Of a stretch of 64,000 bases of DNA, positions 19,028 to 30,289 are shown one piece after another (the first letter of the stretch is position 1; each line of letters opens with the position of its first letter). The stretch is from Gemmatimonadales bacterium (lineage in GTDB: Bacteria > Gemmatimonadota > Gemmatimonadetes > Gemmatimonadales > GWC2-71-9): assembly GCA_037045245.1 (NCBI GenBank), contig JBAOHR010000004.1:751-64750 (forward strand). Reading direction: 5' to 3'. Position numbers and translations under genes: made by a program. Below the pieces are notes generated by a model. That model saw only the letters and a program-made list of their open reading frames with translations, did not search any database and was not told where the DNA came from.

Positions 19028-20848
19028 TTATCCGGTCGGGTGGCCGTCGTCCGCGCGCGGCAACCGCGGCGGCGCCGCCCGCGGGGCGCCGAAGATGTCC
19101 TGCGAACGCACCGAGCCCTGCACGGCGTCGAGCATCGCCTCCAGTTCCTTCCGCGCGCGCTTGAGCCCGTACCGGAAGGAGACGCGGTACAGCCCCACCA
19201 TGGCACCGCCGACGACGGCGAATGCCGAGAGCCCGATCGGCGCCGCCAGCAACAGCGCGCCCTTCGCCGCAGCCAGGCCGATCCCGACCGCGGCCCCCCC
19301 GCCGCCCAGCCCGGCCCCGAGCCAGAAGCCCACCTTGGCGTTCTTGGCCACGCCGCTCCGCAGGTCGGTGGTGATGGTGACGTCGCAGCGCCGCGGATCG
19401 GTCGGATGCGCGTGCAGCGTGACGCGCAACTGGTAGGCGTCAATCACGGAGAGGTAGTAGCGGAGCATCGAGAGGCCGCTGCCGCCGACGTAGTCGCCCG
19501 ACGAGAGGGCGCGCACGCCGAAGGTCAGCACCCCGCCGTCGAGCGGATGGCCACCGACCGTGTCGCGGAAGAGGAGCTCCCAGGGATGCGCGGGAAAGAT
19601 CTTGCCGATCGCCTCGAGGGTCTGCACCGGCGTCGCGTGGATCGTGCTGGTGACCTGCATCGAGCGATCGCTCGTCCCGACGATGAAGGTCGCGAAGCGG
19701 TCGCGCCCTTCGCCGGAGAGCACCGGCACCGTGCCACGATCCGCCTCCGCCGGCAGTTCGGCGAGCGCGAGCTGGACGAATTCCGCGCCGATCCCCGCCT
19801 CGACGGCAGCGGCCTCGACGTCGACCCGCCGGTAGCCGCTGGTCGGCGCGGACGGCTGCACCCCGGTCGCATACGCCTCGGCCTGCGCCGAGCGATCCTG
19901 CACGCGGCGCGCGGCATCGGCCTGCAGTTGCGCAGCGCGCAGCCACACCGCCTTGGCGGCCTCCTCGCTGAGCACCGCGTCGGGCACGGCGCTCGGTCCG
20001 CTCTGCGCCTGCTGCAGCGCCTGCGTCAGCGCCTCGGCGAGCGCTTCGCCAGTGGCGTAGCGTTCCGCCGGGTCCTTCCGCAGGCAGCGGTCCACCACCA
20101 GCGCGAGCGGAGCCGGCACCCCGGGGGCGAGCTCCGACAGCGACGGCGCCGCACGCGTCGCCTGCATCAGCAGCACGGCGGAGGCCTGCGGGGCGTCGAA
20201 CGGCAGGCGCCCGCTGAGCAGCTGGAAGGCGACGACGCCGAGGGCATAGAGGTCGCTGCGGCCGTCGAGGTCGCCGCCGCTGACCTGCTCCGGGCTCATG
20301 TAATGGACCGACCCCATCACCATGCCATCGGCGGTCAGCGACGAGGTGCGCGCGTCCCGCGCAATGCCGAAGTCGGTCACGGTGACGCGCCCGCTGCCGC
20401 GCTCCAGCATGATGTTCTCGGGCTTCACGTCGCGATGGATCACGCCGCGCGCATGCGCGTAGGCGAGCGCCCAGGCCGCCTCGCGCAGGACGCGCACCGC
20501 CTCGCCGGGCGCCAGCGGGCCGCGCGCGGCGAGGCGCTCGGCCAGGGTCTCGCCGTCGACGAAGCCCATCGTGAAGTAGACCAGCTCGTCGACGCGGTCG
20601 GCGCGATAGATCGGGACGATGTTCGGATGGGAGAGCTGCGCGGCCGTGCGGGCCTCGCGCAGGAACCGCTCGCGGATGCCGGCATCGCTCGCCAGGGCGG
20701 GCGGCAGCAGCTTGATCGCCACCATCCGGTCGAGCGAGAGCTCGCGGGCAAGGAAGACGATCCCCATGCCACCGCGGCCGAGCTCGCGCTCCAGCGTGTA
20801 CTGCCCGGCGAAGCGCGGGCGCAGTTCGTCCAGCGTCAACTCGGTCAC
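19028..20848 (-). CDS. Hanks-type Ser/Thr protein kinase with C-terminal membrane domain
   Basis: [28 protein letters not shown], and two C-terminal hydrophobic helices. Confidence 0.93.
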   Translation of the reverse strand: MTELTLDELRPRFAGQYTLERELGRGGMGIVFLARELSLDRMVAIKLLPPALASDAGIRERFLREARTAAQLSHPNIVPIYRADRVDELVYFTMGFVDGETLAERLAARGPLAPGEAVRVLREAAWALAYAHARGVIHRDVKPENIMLERGSGRVTVTDFGIARDARTSSLTADGMVMGSVHYMSPEQVSGGDLDGRSDLYALGVVAFQLLSGRLPFDAPQASAVLLMQATRAAPSLSELAPGVPAPLALVVDRCLRKDPAERYATGEALAEALTQALQQAQSGPSAVPDAVLSEEAAKAVWLRAAQLQADAARRVQDRSAQAEAYATGVQPSAPTSGYRRVDVEAAAVEAGIGAEFVQLALAELPAEADRGTVPVLSGEGRDRFATFIVGTSDRSMQVTSTIHATPVQTLEAIGKIFPAHPWELLFRDTVGGHPLDGGVLTFGVRALSSGDYVGGSGLSMLRYYLSVIDAYQLRVTLHAHPTDPRRCDVTITTDLRSGVAKNAKVGFWLGAGLGGGGAAVGIGLAAAKGALLLAAPIGLSAFAVVGGAMVGLYRVSFRYGLKRARKELEAMLDAVQGSVRSQDIFGAPRAAPPRLPRADDGHPTG

Positions 20849-20893
20849 GGCCGCTCCACCGGCAGAAGGGTCGGATCGCCCACGGGGGGGCTC

Positions 20894-20920
20894 GACGAAC
20901 GACGCTGGCGACGGGTTTCG
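20894..20920 (-). promoter_or_regulatory. Candidate ECF promoter CGAAAC-N17-CGTC
   Basis: Same spacing as the 17131-17157 motif, upstream of the kinase. Confidence 0.45.
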
Positions 20921-20939
20921 TCGCGCAGCGCAACGCGGC

Positions 20940-23846
20940 TCAGCGAATGCCCAGCGTCCGGGCGAGGAATCGGCCGGTATGCGATCCCGGCACCAGCGCC
21001 ACCTCTTCGGGCGTGCCGGCCGCGACGATGGTGCCGCCGCGCACGCCGCCCTCCGGGCCGAGGTCCACGACCCAGTCGGAGGTCTTGATCACGTCGAGGT
21101 TGTGCTCGATCACGACCACGCGTGTTCCCCTTGTCGACCAGTCGGTGCAGGACTTCGAGCAACAGGCGGACGTCCTCGAAATGCAGGCCGGTGGTGGGTT
21201 CGTCGAGGATGTACAGCGTACGACCCGTATCCCGCTTCGCGAGTTCCGTCGCCAGCTTGACGCGCTGCGCCTCGCCACCGGAGAGGGTCGTCGCCGCCTG
21301 CCCAAGGTGGAGGTAGCCGAGGCCGACGTCGTTGAGGAGCGAGAGCTTCTCGGCGATCCGCGTCTGCGCGGAGAAGAAGTCCATCGCGTCGGCCACGGTC
21401 AGTTCCAGCACGTCGGCGATGCTCTTCCCCTTGTAGCGGACCTCGAGCGTCTCGCGATTGTAGCGGCGGCCCTTGCAGACCTCGCACGGGACGTACACGT
21501 CGGGCAGGAAGTGCATCTCGATCTTGACGAGCCCGTCGCCCTGGCACGCCTCGCAGCGGCCACCCTTCACGTTGAAGGAGAAGCGCCCCGGCCCGTAGCC
21601 GCGCATCTTCGCCTCGGGCAGCTGCGTGAACAGCTCGCGGATCGGCGTGAAGAGCCCGGAGTAGGTGGCGGGGTTGGACCGCGGCGTGCGACCGATCGGC
21701 GACTGGTCGATGTCGATGACCTTGTCGAGCTGGTCGAGCCCCTCGATGCGGTCGTGCGCCCCGGGCAGCACCTTGGCGCGATAGAAGTGGCGCGCCAGCG
21801 TCTGGTAGAGGATGTCGGTGACCAGCGTCGACTTGCCCGACCCGGAGACGCCGGTGATCGAGACGAAGCAGCCGAGCGGGATCTCGACGGTCGAGGCCGC
21901 TGGAGGTTGTTCTCGCGCGCGTTGGTGATGCGGAGGCGCCGCGCCGGATCGCGCGGGCGCCGCACCGCGGGCACCGGGATCGCGCAGCGTCGTTGCAGAG
22001 ATAGCGCCCGGTGAGCGAATCGGGGTCGTGCCAGCGATCTCGTCGATCGTGCCCTCGGCGACGACCTCGCCGCCGATGCTGGCCGGCGCGCGGGACCGAG
22101 GTCGATCAGCGTGGTCGGCGGCGCGGATGGTGTCCTCGTCGTGCTCGACCACCAGGACGGTGTTGCCGAGGTCGCGCAGCCGCGCGCAGCGTGTCGAGCA
22201 GCCGCTCGTTGTCGCGCTGGTGGAGCCCGATGCGACGGCTCGTCGAGGATGTAGAGCACGCCGACGAGGCGCGAGCCGATCTGCGTGGCGAGGCGGATGC
22301 GCTGCGCCTCGCCGCCCGAGAGCGAGCCGGCCGAGCGGTCGAGCGTGAGGTAGTCCAGGCCGACGTCGGCGAGGAAGCGCAGCCGCTCGATCACTTCCTT
22401 GAGGATCGGGCCGGCGATGTCGGGGTCGACGGCGCCCGCCTTGCCGTCGACCGACCGGGATCCCCTCGAAGAACGCGATCGTCTCGTCCACGCGAGAGCG
22501 CCACGACGTCGCCGATCCCCTGCCCGCCGACCAGTCACGGCGAGCGACTCCGCCTTGAGGCGCGTCGCCGCCTGCAGACGATGCAGGGACGCTCGACCAT
22601 GTAGCCCTCGAGGTCGGTGCGCACCGAGTCGCTCGAGCGACTCGCGCCAGCGCCGCCCCACGTTCGCGAGGATGCCCTTCCCACTCCCCTTCCGTTTCCT
22701 TGCTGCGCCCGCCATCCGCCACCCAGGTGATCTTCTTCCCGGGCGCCCCCTCGAGCAGGACCTTCCGCACCGTCGGCGAGAGATCGCGCCACGCGCTGTT
22801 CAGGTCGAACTTGTAGACGCCGGGCGAGCGTCGGCAGCACGACGCTTGCGGAGGTAGCCGGTCCGGTTCGCCCCAGGGGAGCACGACGCCCTCGAGGATC
22901 GAGATGCTGCCGGGTCGCCGCAGCGACCAGCTCGGCATTCGGCACGCGCGATGGTGCCGAGCGCCGTGGCATTCGCGCGCACGCGCCGAAGGGCGAGTTG
23001 AACGAGAACTGCCGCGGCTCGAGCTCGGGGAGCGAGAGGCCGCAGGTCGGGCAGGCGAAGCTGCTCGCTGAAGAGCCGCGACTCCTGCGCCGCCGGCTTG
23101 GTCGTCGTGTCGCACGATCTCGACGACGCCCATCGGCCGACGCGCAACGCGGTCTCGATCGAATCGCACCAGCCGCGGCCGATCGCTCTCGCGCACGACG
23201 AGCCGGTCGACGATCGACGGCGATGTCGTGCTTGATTCTGCCGACGATTGAGCGCCGGCACCGTCGGTGAGGTCGTGTGTCTCGCCGTCGACACGCACGC
23301 GCGCGATAGCCCTGCTTGCTGCAGGTCCTCGATGAGGTCGCGGAACTCGCCCTTGCGGCCGCGCACGATCGGGCGCGAGCGACCTCGATGCGCGTGCCCT
23401 TCCGGCCAGCGCCGAGGACTGGTATCGCCGATCTGGCCCGCCGATCTGACCGCGCGATCGGCGTCCCGTCAGTTCGGGCAGTGCGGCACGCCGGCACGGG
23501 CGCAGAGGAGGCGCAGGTAGTCGTAGACTCTCGGTGACGGTGCCGACGGTCGAGCGCGGATTCTGCGCCGGTGGTCTTCTGCTCGATCGAGATCGCCGGC
23601 GAGAGCCCCTCGATCGCATCGACGTCCGGCTTTTCCATCAGGCCGAGGAACTGGCGCGCGTAGGCCGACAGCGATTCGACGTAGCGTCGCTGCCCCTCGG
23701 CATAGATCGTGTCGAACGCGAGCGACGACTTGCCCGACCCCGACAGGCCGGTGATGACCGTCAGCGCATTCCGCGGAATGCGGACGGTCGACGTTCTTGA
23801 GATTGTGCTCGCGCGCCCCTCGGACGACCAGGAACTCTTCAGCCAT
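20940..23846 (-). CDS. uvrA: Excinuclease ABC subunit A, with many frameshifts (probably sequence errors)
   Basis: [77 protein letters not shown] spread across frames. Confidence 0.93.
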
Positions 23847-23931
23847 AGCCCGGAACCATAAGGTGGAACGGGAAGGAGGAGCAACGCGCCACCCTGGGGC
23901 GGTGGCCCACGGCTTGCCCCATATTCCCGTA

Positions 23932-25478
23932 ATGCAGCTCTATCGCCCGTCCCCCCGAGCCTGGGCCGCCATCGCCATCCTCCTCGCCTGGGGGGGCGCC
24001 TTGGCGTGGCTGGCGGCGCGACGCCTGAACCAGACCGAGGCCGCCGTTCTCAGCACCGAAGCGGCGCTGCGGCTGGCGCCCGGCGCCGCGTGGTTCGCCC
24101 TGTACAGTGGCGACACGCAAGTCGGGCAGGCCGGGATCACGGTGGATACCCTCTCCCCGGGCTATCAGGTCACGGAGACGTTCGCGATCGAAACCCCGGC
24201 CGACTCGGGCGTCTTGCGGGCGTCCCGGTACACCGTCACCAAGGTCTCGGCGGCCCTGGTGGTGACCTCCGTCACCTCCCGGTTGGTGCTGGACCGGTCG
24301 AAGGAGGCGTGGGCCGTCTCCTTCCCGGCCGGGCGCCTCGCGATCGCCCGCGAAGGGACGATCGGCACCGACAACGGGATCCCGGTGACGGTCGCGCCGA
24401 CCACGACGGCCATCCTCCCCTACCGATTGGCGCTGACGGGCTGGCCTGGCCCCCGGGCGGCGGCGGAGCCTTCCCGGGCTGGTCGGCTGGCCGGGGACCG
24501 TGGTCACGCTCGAAATGACCGCCGGGCCCGACTCGATGGCGGTGTTTGCGGACAGCGCCGTCCTCGATCCGGCGTCCGGGCAGTTGATGGTGGCGCATCG
24601 CGACTCGACCCCGCGCCCGCGCCGTGGTGATTCGGGGCGACGGCCCGGCCGAGCGGTGGTGGATCGACGCCCGCGGACGCGTGGCCGGGATCGAGACGGC
24701 CTTCGGGCTCTCGTGGCGGCGGACCGACTTCGACCTCGCCGCCAGCGCGCTGCGGAATCGCGGGATGTCGCGCGTCGCGCGCCTCCGCACGCTGTATCCG
24801 CTGGTGCGCCGGCTCACGACGCCCGATACCTCCACCACGCCGTGGCGGTTCCTGCCGTCGCGGCGCGATGGCCGTCCGCTCGATGCGGCGCTGCTCCAAC
24901 CGCTGTCCAGTGGCCGGCAGCAGCTCCACGGCGACACGCTGTTCGTCATGACCGACTGGAGTGAGCCGACCGGTGGCGCCGGCGAGCCGATGCCGCGCGA
25001 CCCGCTCGCGCCGGACTCGCTCCCCGAGGTCCGCGCATTCGTTGACCGGGCGCTCGGCCCGACGCCGCCGACCGACCGCGATCTCATCCTCGGCCGCCTC
25101 CTCTCGGCGATCGCCGCACGGGTGACCCTCGACACCTCGGCGACCGCTGCGGTCGACGCCGGGGCCGCCCTCGCCACGCGGCGGGCGCAGGCCGAGGGGA
25201 TGGCACGCCTCTTCGTGGCGGCAGCCCGCGTGGCCGGCTTCGAGGCGCGTCTCGCGATCGGCCTCCAACCAGTGGGCGACGGTTTCGCGACCCACGCCTG
25301 GGCGGAGGTGCGCCGCGACGGGCGGTGGACCGCAGTCGATCCGGCGTTCGGTCGGCGGCAGGCCGGCGCCTCGCTCATCCGGCTCGGCAGCAGCGGCTCG
25401 GCCGACCCCTCGCAGCTTCTCGCGCGCGTGCTCCAACTGCGTGTCGTGGCAGTCCCCGATTCTCCGGAGGTCCCGTGA
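23932..25478 (+). CDS. Membrane-anchored transglutaminase-like domain protein, frameshifts near 24450 and 24620
   Basis: N-terminal TM; C-terminal [14 protein letters not shown]...HAWAEV...WTAVDP; no Cys at the expected catalytic site. Confidence 0.65.
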
Positions 25479-26230
25479 TCCGCCTGCGCGGCGTCACCAA
25501 GCGGTACGGCAGCTTCGAGGCGGTGCGCGGCATCGATCTCGACATCGCGCGCGGCGAACTGTTCGGCCTGCTCGGCCCGAATGGCGCCGGGAAGACGACG
25601 ACGATGCGCATGATCGCCGGGATCCTCGCCCCGACGGGCGGGACGATCCACGTCGGCGGCGAGGACATCCTCCGCCACCCGATGCGCGCCAAGGCCAAGC
25701 TCGGCTTCATCCCCGATCGGCCGTTCGTGTACGACAAGCTCACCGGGGCGGAATTCCTCCGCTTCACAGCGGCGCTCTTCGGTCAGGATGGTGCCGAGGT
25801 CGAGGGGCGGATCGACGAACTCCTCGAGCTCTTCGACCTGACCCCGTGGAAGAGCGAGCTCACGGAATCGTATTCCCACGGCATGCGCCAGAAGCTCATC
25901 ATCGCGAGCGCGCTGGTGCATCGTCCCGAGGTGATCGTGGTCGACGAACCGATGATCGGCCTCGACCCGAAGAGCGCCAAGCTCCTGAAGACGCTCTTCC
26001 GACGCTACACCGACCTCGGCGGCACCGTCCTGATGAGCACCCACACGATGGAGATCGTCGAGGGGCTGTGCGACCGGGTCGGCATCATCTCGAAGGGTCG
26101 CCTGGTGGCCTGCGGCACCGTCGAGGAACTCCGGCGCGAAGCCTCATCGGATGCCGCCGGGATGGAGGAGCTCTTCCTCCGGCTCACCGGCGAGCATGTC
26201 GACCACGACCTCGATGCGCTCCTTACCTGA
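25475..26230 (+). CDS. ABC transporter ATP-binding protein
   Basis: GPNGAGKTT, YSHGMRQK, VVDEPMIGLD, STH. Confidence 0.93.
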   Translation: MIRLRGVTKRYGSFEAVRGIDLDIARGELFGLLGPNGAGKTTTMRMIAGILAPTGGTIHVGGEDILRHPMRAKAKLGFIPDRPFVYDKLTGAEFLRFTAALFGQDGAEVEGRIDELLELFDLTPWKSELTESYSHGMRQKLIIASALVHRPEVIVVDEPMIGLDPKSAKLLKTLFRRYTDLGGTVLMSTHTMEIVEGLCDRVGIISKGRLVACGTVEELRREASSDAAGMEELFLRLTGEHVDHDLDALLT

Positions 26231-27929
26231 CGCGGCGAGGCCGCAGCCCGGCCTCGCCACGCTGACCTCGCCGAAGTGGCGGAGCGCGCTGGCGCGGGTG
26301 CGCACGCGCCCCGACCAGTCGACGCGCTGGCGCGGGCTGCTGCTGGGCGTCGCCGGGCTGCTCTTCCTCGCCGCAGCCTATGGCATCTCCTATCGGGCGG
26401 TGAAGTACTTCAAGGACGTCCCCGAAATCGGACCGCTCCTCGCCGGCAAGCTGCTCGGGATGGCCTTCCTCGCCTTCCTTTCGATCCTGTTGCTGTCGAA
26501 CCTCGTGGCGGCACTGTCGACGTTCTTCCTGGCGCGCGATCTCGACATGCTGGTCGCCGCGCCGCTCGACTGGGGACGCTTCTATCTCGCCAAGCTCGGC
26601 GAGACGGTGGTGCACTCGTCGTGGATGGTGGTGCTGCTCGCGGTGCCGCTCCTCGCCGCCTATTCGGTCGTCTGGGATGGCGGCCTCTTCTTCCCGCTGG
26701 TCGCGCTCGGCGCCCTCGTGCCGCTGCTCGTGATCCCGGGCGTGATCGGCGCCGCAGCGACGCTGCTCCTCGTCAACATCTTCCCGGCCCGCCGCGCGCG
26801 CGACATCCTCGGGCTGGTCTCGATCCTCACCGCCGGCGCCCTGGTGGTGATGTTGCGCGTGATGCGGCCCGAGCAGCTCGCCCGCCCCGAGGGGTTCCAG
26901 AACCTGGTCGACTTCGTCGCGGTGCTGCGCACGCCCTCCCATCCGCTGCTGCCGAGCGAGTGGGCGAGCGGCATGGTGATGAACTGGCTGACGCACGTGG
27001 GCGACCCGCTGCCGATCGCCCTCCTCTGGACGACGGCGGGTGCGTTCGTGGTGATCGGCGCGGCGCTGCACCGGCGCCTCTACGTGCAGGGCTTCGCGCG
27101 CGCCCAGGAGGGGGCCGACCAGTTCGTGCGCGGCGCGCGCTGGGACGGCCTGATCCGGCGGCTCTTCGTCGGACTGCCCCCGATGCGGCGCGAATTCATC
27201 CTCAAGGACCTGCGTACCTTCTTCCGCGACTCGACGCAGTGGAGCCAGCTGATCCTGCTCGGCGTCCTCGTGCTGGTGTACCTCTTCAACATCCAGGCGC
27301 TGCCGCTCTTCACCGGCGAGAAGGTGCCGGTGCTGCTGGTCACGCTGATCGCCTTCCTGAACCAGGGACTGGCGGGCTTCGTGATCGCCGCGATTGCAGC
27401 GCGGTTCATCTTTCCGGCCGTCTCGCTGGAAGGGCGGCAGATGTGGCTGCTGCGCTCGTCGCCGCTCGATCCGCTCGCGATGCTCCGCAGCAAGTACTTC
27501 GTCGGTGTGGTGCCGCTGCTCGTCCTTGCCGTCGGGCTGACCCTCTCGACGAACACGCTGCTCCGTGCGTCGCCGTTCATGATGCTGGTGTCGGTGGCGA
27601 CGGTCGTCGGCTACACCCTTGCCGTCGGCGGGCTCGCGCTTGGCGTCGGCACGCTCTTCCCGCAGTACGACACCGAGAACGCGGCGCAGATTCCGACGTC
27701 GTTCGGCGGCCTCGTCTTCATGCTCCTCGCGGTGGCCCTCCTCGGCGCGGTGATCTCGCTCGAGGCGATCCCGGTGGTCGAGCAGCTGCGCGCCACGTCG
27801 GCGGGCGAGGAGACCCAGGTGAGCCTCGGCGGCTGGCTGGCCTTCGCCGGGGCGGCGGCCTGCTGCGTCGTCGCCGGCTGGCTGCCGATGCGGCTCGCCC
27901 TGCGCCGGCTCGAGCAACTCGAGGTCTGA
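26196..27929 (+). CDS. Putative ABC exporter permease (multi-TM)
   Basis: About 12 hydrophobic segments, ARDLDMLVAAP, SLEGRQMWLLRSSP; overlaps the ATPase gene. Confidence 0.85.
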   Translation: MSTTTSMRSLPDAARPQPGLATLTSPKWRSALARVRTRPDQSTRWRGLLLGVAGLLFLAAAYGISYRAVKYFKDVPEIGPLLAGKLLGMAFLAFLSILLLSNLVAALSTFFLARDLDMLVAAPLDWGRFYLAKLGETVVHSSWMVVLLAVPLLAAYSVVWDGGLFFPLVALGALVPLLVIPGVIGAAATLLLVNIFPARRARDILGLVSILTAGALVVMLRVMRPEQLARPEGFQNLVDFVAVLRTPSHPLLPSEWASGMVMNWLTHVGDPLPIALLWTTAGAFVVIGAALHRRLYVQGFARAQEGADQFVRGARWDGLIRRLFVGLPPMRREFILKDLRTFFRDSTQWSQLILLGVLVLVYLFNIQALPLFTGEKVPVLLVTLIAFLNQGLAGFVIAAIAARFIFPAVSLEGRQMWLLRSSPLDPLAMLRSKYFVGVVPLLVLAVGLTLSTNTLLRASPFMMLVSVATVVGYTLAVGGLALGVGTLFPQYDTENAAQIPTSFGGLVFMLLAVALLGAVISLEAIPVVEQLRATSAGEETQVSLGGWLAFAGAAACCVVAGWLPMRLALRRLEQLEV

Positions 27930-28055
27930 GCGCAGGAAGGCGCACCCTTCCGCACCGTTCGGTCACTCGGCGGCAGCGGTTCCTCCACGATCGTGACGAC
28001 CGCGATTCGGCACTCCGCCGGATCGCGGTCTGTCCTTTGGTCCCTGGAGGGCCCG

Positions 28056-29255
28056 ATGTCCCGTCGCCTGCTCTACTGCACCGCATTTCTCCTTGGCCTC
28101 GCCGCCTGTCAGGGCGCCGATGCCCCCACGCCGACGGCGCCGACGCCGGCCGCCGCCACCGAACCCGTCGCGAGTTCCCCGCGTGAACGGCTCGCCCTGC
28201 GCCTCGCGGTCGCGCTTGGCGATCCGGCGACGCGCGCCTCCCTCAAGCGCCGCCTCGATGCCTCGCACGCCCCGGAGGGGAAGCTCCAGTTCCAGGCGCT
28301 CGCGCGCGCCGACCAGGGACTGCTCCTCGCCTCGCTCGCGCGCGGCGGCGGCTCGGTGGCGGAACTCCTCGGCGACCTCGACGCGGCGCGTCCGCTCGAG
28401 GTCTACCTCCCGGTCGAGGCGCATCGTGTCGCGTGGCACGGCGACGCGGGCCTCCTGGTGGCCACCCTCGGGCAGGATGGCGAAGCCCCGGTGGCGTATG
28501 ACCTCGAGGGGCATCGCCGCGTCCTGCGTGCCGACACGCCCCCGACCACGCCGGTCCTTGCCCTGGTGCCGCAGGAGACCGACTTCACCGGCGGTCGCCC
28601 GCTGATGGCGGCGTCCTGCTACGACCTGTGCGGCACCACCAGCACCTCGGCCGGCGGCAACCTCTCCTCGACCGCCGGGCTCTACCTGACGACGTCGCAC
28701 TTCGAGGATTCCTTCGAGAGCTGGCTCAAGGGGAAGCCGGAATACGAGTACCACGTGTACGGACTGGTGGCGGGGAGCGAAGCCGAGCAGCTGGCGTGCA
28801 CCGGGGAGTACGCGGGCGGCTATTCCTATTTCGACCAGAACGGCCCCGACTGGAGCGGCAACGCGATGCTGCTCTCCGAGCAGGAGCGGCAGGCCTACCA
28901 GTCGGCGCACCCGGGCGCACCGATTCGCATCGTCGCCTACGAGGACGACGACGAGGCCTGCGTGCCGCGGATCGACGGCAACCGCGTGACGCAGCTGCTC
29001 TCGGCGGTGGATGCCGCCTACAAGAGCGTCACGAGCGGGAAGGTGGAGCCGTGGTATGTGAAGGGGGTGCGGGCCGCGCCGTCACTGTTCAACCTCTACA
29101 GCGCGGTGCGCAACATCATCACGACGGGTGACGACCTCATCGGGAACGCGGTCGAGACGTCGGTCGCGGGATGGGTGCCGGGTGGCGCGAACTGGGTGCT
29201 CAAGTCCGACGGCACCCGAACCTACGGCTGGTTCGGGACCGCCTACCGCCCCTGA
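28056..29255 (+). CDS. Lipoprotein of unknown function (possibly DUF3103-like)
   Basis: GGAGG RBS, lipobox LAAC, ESWLKGKPEY, EDDD motif. Confidence 0.7.
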   Translation: MSRRLLYCTAFLLGLAACQGADAPTPTAPTPAAATEPVASSPRERLALRLAVALGDPATRASLKRRLDASHAPEGKLQFQALARADQGLLLASLARGGGSVAELLGDLDAARPLEVYLPVEAHRVAWHGDAGLLVATLGQDGEAPVAYDLEGHRRVLRADTPPTTPVLALVPQETDFTGGRPLMAASCYDLCGTTSTSAGGNLSSTAGLYLTTSHFEDSFESWLKGKPEYEYHVYGLVAGSEAEQLACTGEYAGGYSYFDQNGPDWSGNAMLLSEQERQAYQSAHPGAPIRIVAYEDDDEACVPRIDGNRVTQLLSAVDAAYKSVTSGKVEPWYVKGVRAAPSLFNLYSAVRNIITTGDDLIGNAVETSVAGWVPGGANWVLKSDGTRTYGWFGTAYRP

Positions 29256-29258
29256 GTG

Positions 29259-29696
29259 CTAGACGAGCTGCGGGGCGCCGCAGCTGCCGCAGAAGCGTCC
29301 GCCGGGCACCCGGCGGGCGCCGCAGCTGCCACAGAAGCCGCCGCCGGTCACGATGCGCTGTGTGAGCAGCGCTTCGACCGGATCGCTGTCCGCCGGCGAC
29401 GCGGCGACCATGGTTGCGGGGGCCGTCGGTGCATCGAGCAGCTCGAGCGCCCGGCTGGAGTAGCGGGCGTGGAGCTCGGCGTAGTCCTCGTCGGAGAGCT
29501 TGCCGGTGGCGCGATCGAACTCGATCTCCTTGAGCGCCAGCAGGGCCTGGCCGCGGGGCGTCTCTTCCGGATCGGGCGGCTCGATGATCGGCGCCTGCTC
29601 CACACCGGGCGCGATCAGCGGCTGGGCAACGAGCCAGAACAGCGCGAAGCCGACCATGACCATGGCGACCAACTGGGCCATCGTGTCCTGATTCAC
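29259..29696 (-). CDS. CcmI-like membrane protein with C-terminal zinc ribbon
   Basis: TM + LKEIEFDRATGKLSDEDYAEL + two FCGSCG motifs; lies in the ccm operon. Confidence 0.75.
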   Translation of the reverse strand: MNQDTMAQLVAMVMVGFALFWLVAQPLIAPGVEQAPIIEPPDPEETPRGQALLALKEIEFDRATGKLSDEDYAELHARYSSRALELLDAPTAPATMVAASPADSDPVEALLTQRIVTGGGFCGSCGARRVPGGRFCGSCGAPQLV

Positions 29697-30289
29697 GAAT
29701 CCACCTCGTCAAGCGCGCGCTTCAGCCGTTCCATCGCATCGGCATCGGGCGCCACCGGGGACGCGCCCCCCGCCGTGGCCACCGCGACGACCTCGCGCCG
29801 GCGGGAGAGATACGCCGCCAGGGCCAACCCGGCGGCCAGCATGCCCAGTCCGGGCACGAGATAGCCGGCCAGGTTGAATCCCTGGGCGGCCGGGGCCATC
29901 AGGATCTTCTCGCCCTCGCGCTCGACGTAGTACTTGACGATCTGTTCCGGCGTCTGGCCACCCTGCACGAGCGCGATGATCTCCTTGTGCAGCGCCGGCG
30001 ACACCCCGCAGGTGAAGTCGGTCGTGCGGCAGGTGTAGATGTCGAGCGTGCAGCCGCAGGTGCAGTGCAGCTGCCGCTCGATCGCGATGATGCCGGGGTC
30101 GTTGTCGACCGCCGTCACGGTGTCGCGGCGTCGCCCGACCCCGTCCGGGTCGCGCAGGAGGTCGCCCTGCACCGTGGTGGTGTCCTTCGCCCCGAGGGGC
30201 ACCTGATCCTGCGCGGCCAGCGGGCGCAGTGCCGCGCTGCCGGCGGCCGCCACGACGGCGCCGAGGAACTGCCGACGCGAGCTGGTCAC
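29693..30289 (-). CDS. ccmH: CcmH-like cytochrome c biogenesis protein with Tat-like signal
   Basis: GTG start, SRRQFL, LHCTCGC...C...C, GQTPEQIVKYYVEREGEKILMAP, C-terminal TM. Confidence 0.75.
   Translation of the reverse strand: MTSSRRQFLGAVVAAAGSAALRPLAAQDQVPLGAKDTTTVQGDLLRDPDGVGRRRDTVTAVDNDPGIIAIERQLHCTCGCTLDIYTCRTTDFTCGVSPALHKEIIALVQGGQTPEQIVKYYVEREGEKILMAPAAQGFNLAGYLVPGLGMLAAGLALAAYLSRRREVVAVATAGGASPVAPDADAMERLKRALDEVDS

Noticed and set aside
20845..23619. 924-aa ORF spanning uvrA
   Set aside because: Mosaic of in-frame and out-of-frame uvrA pieces caused by indels.
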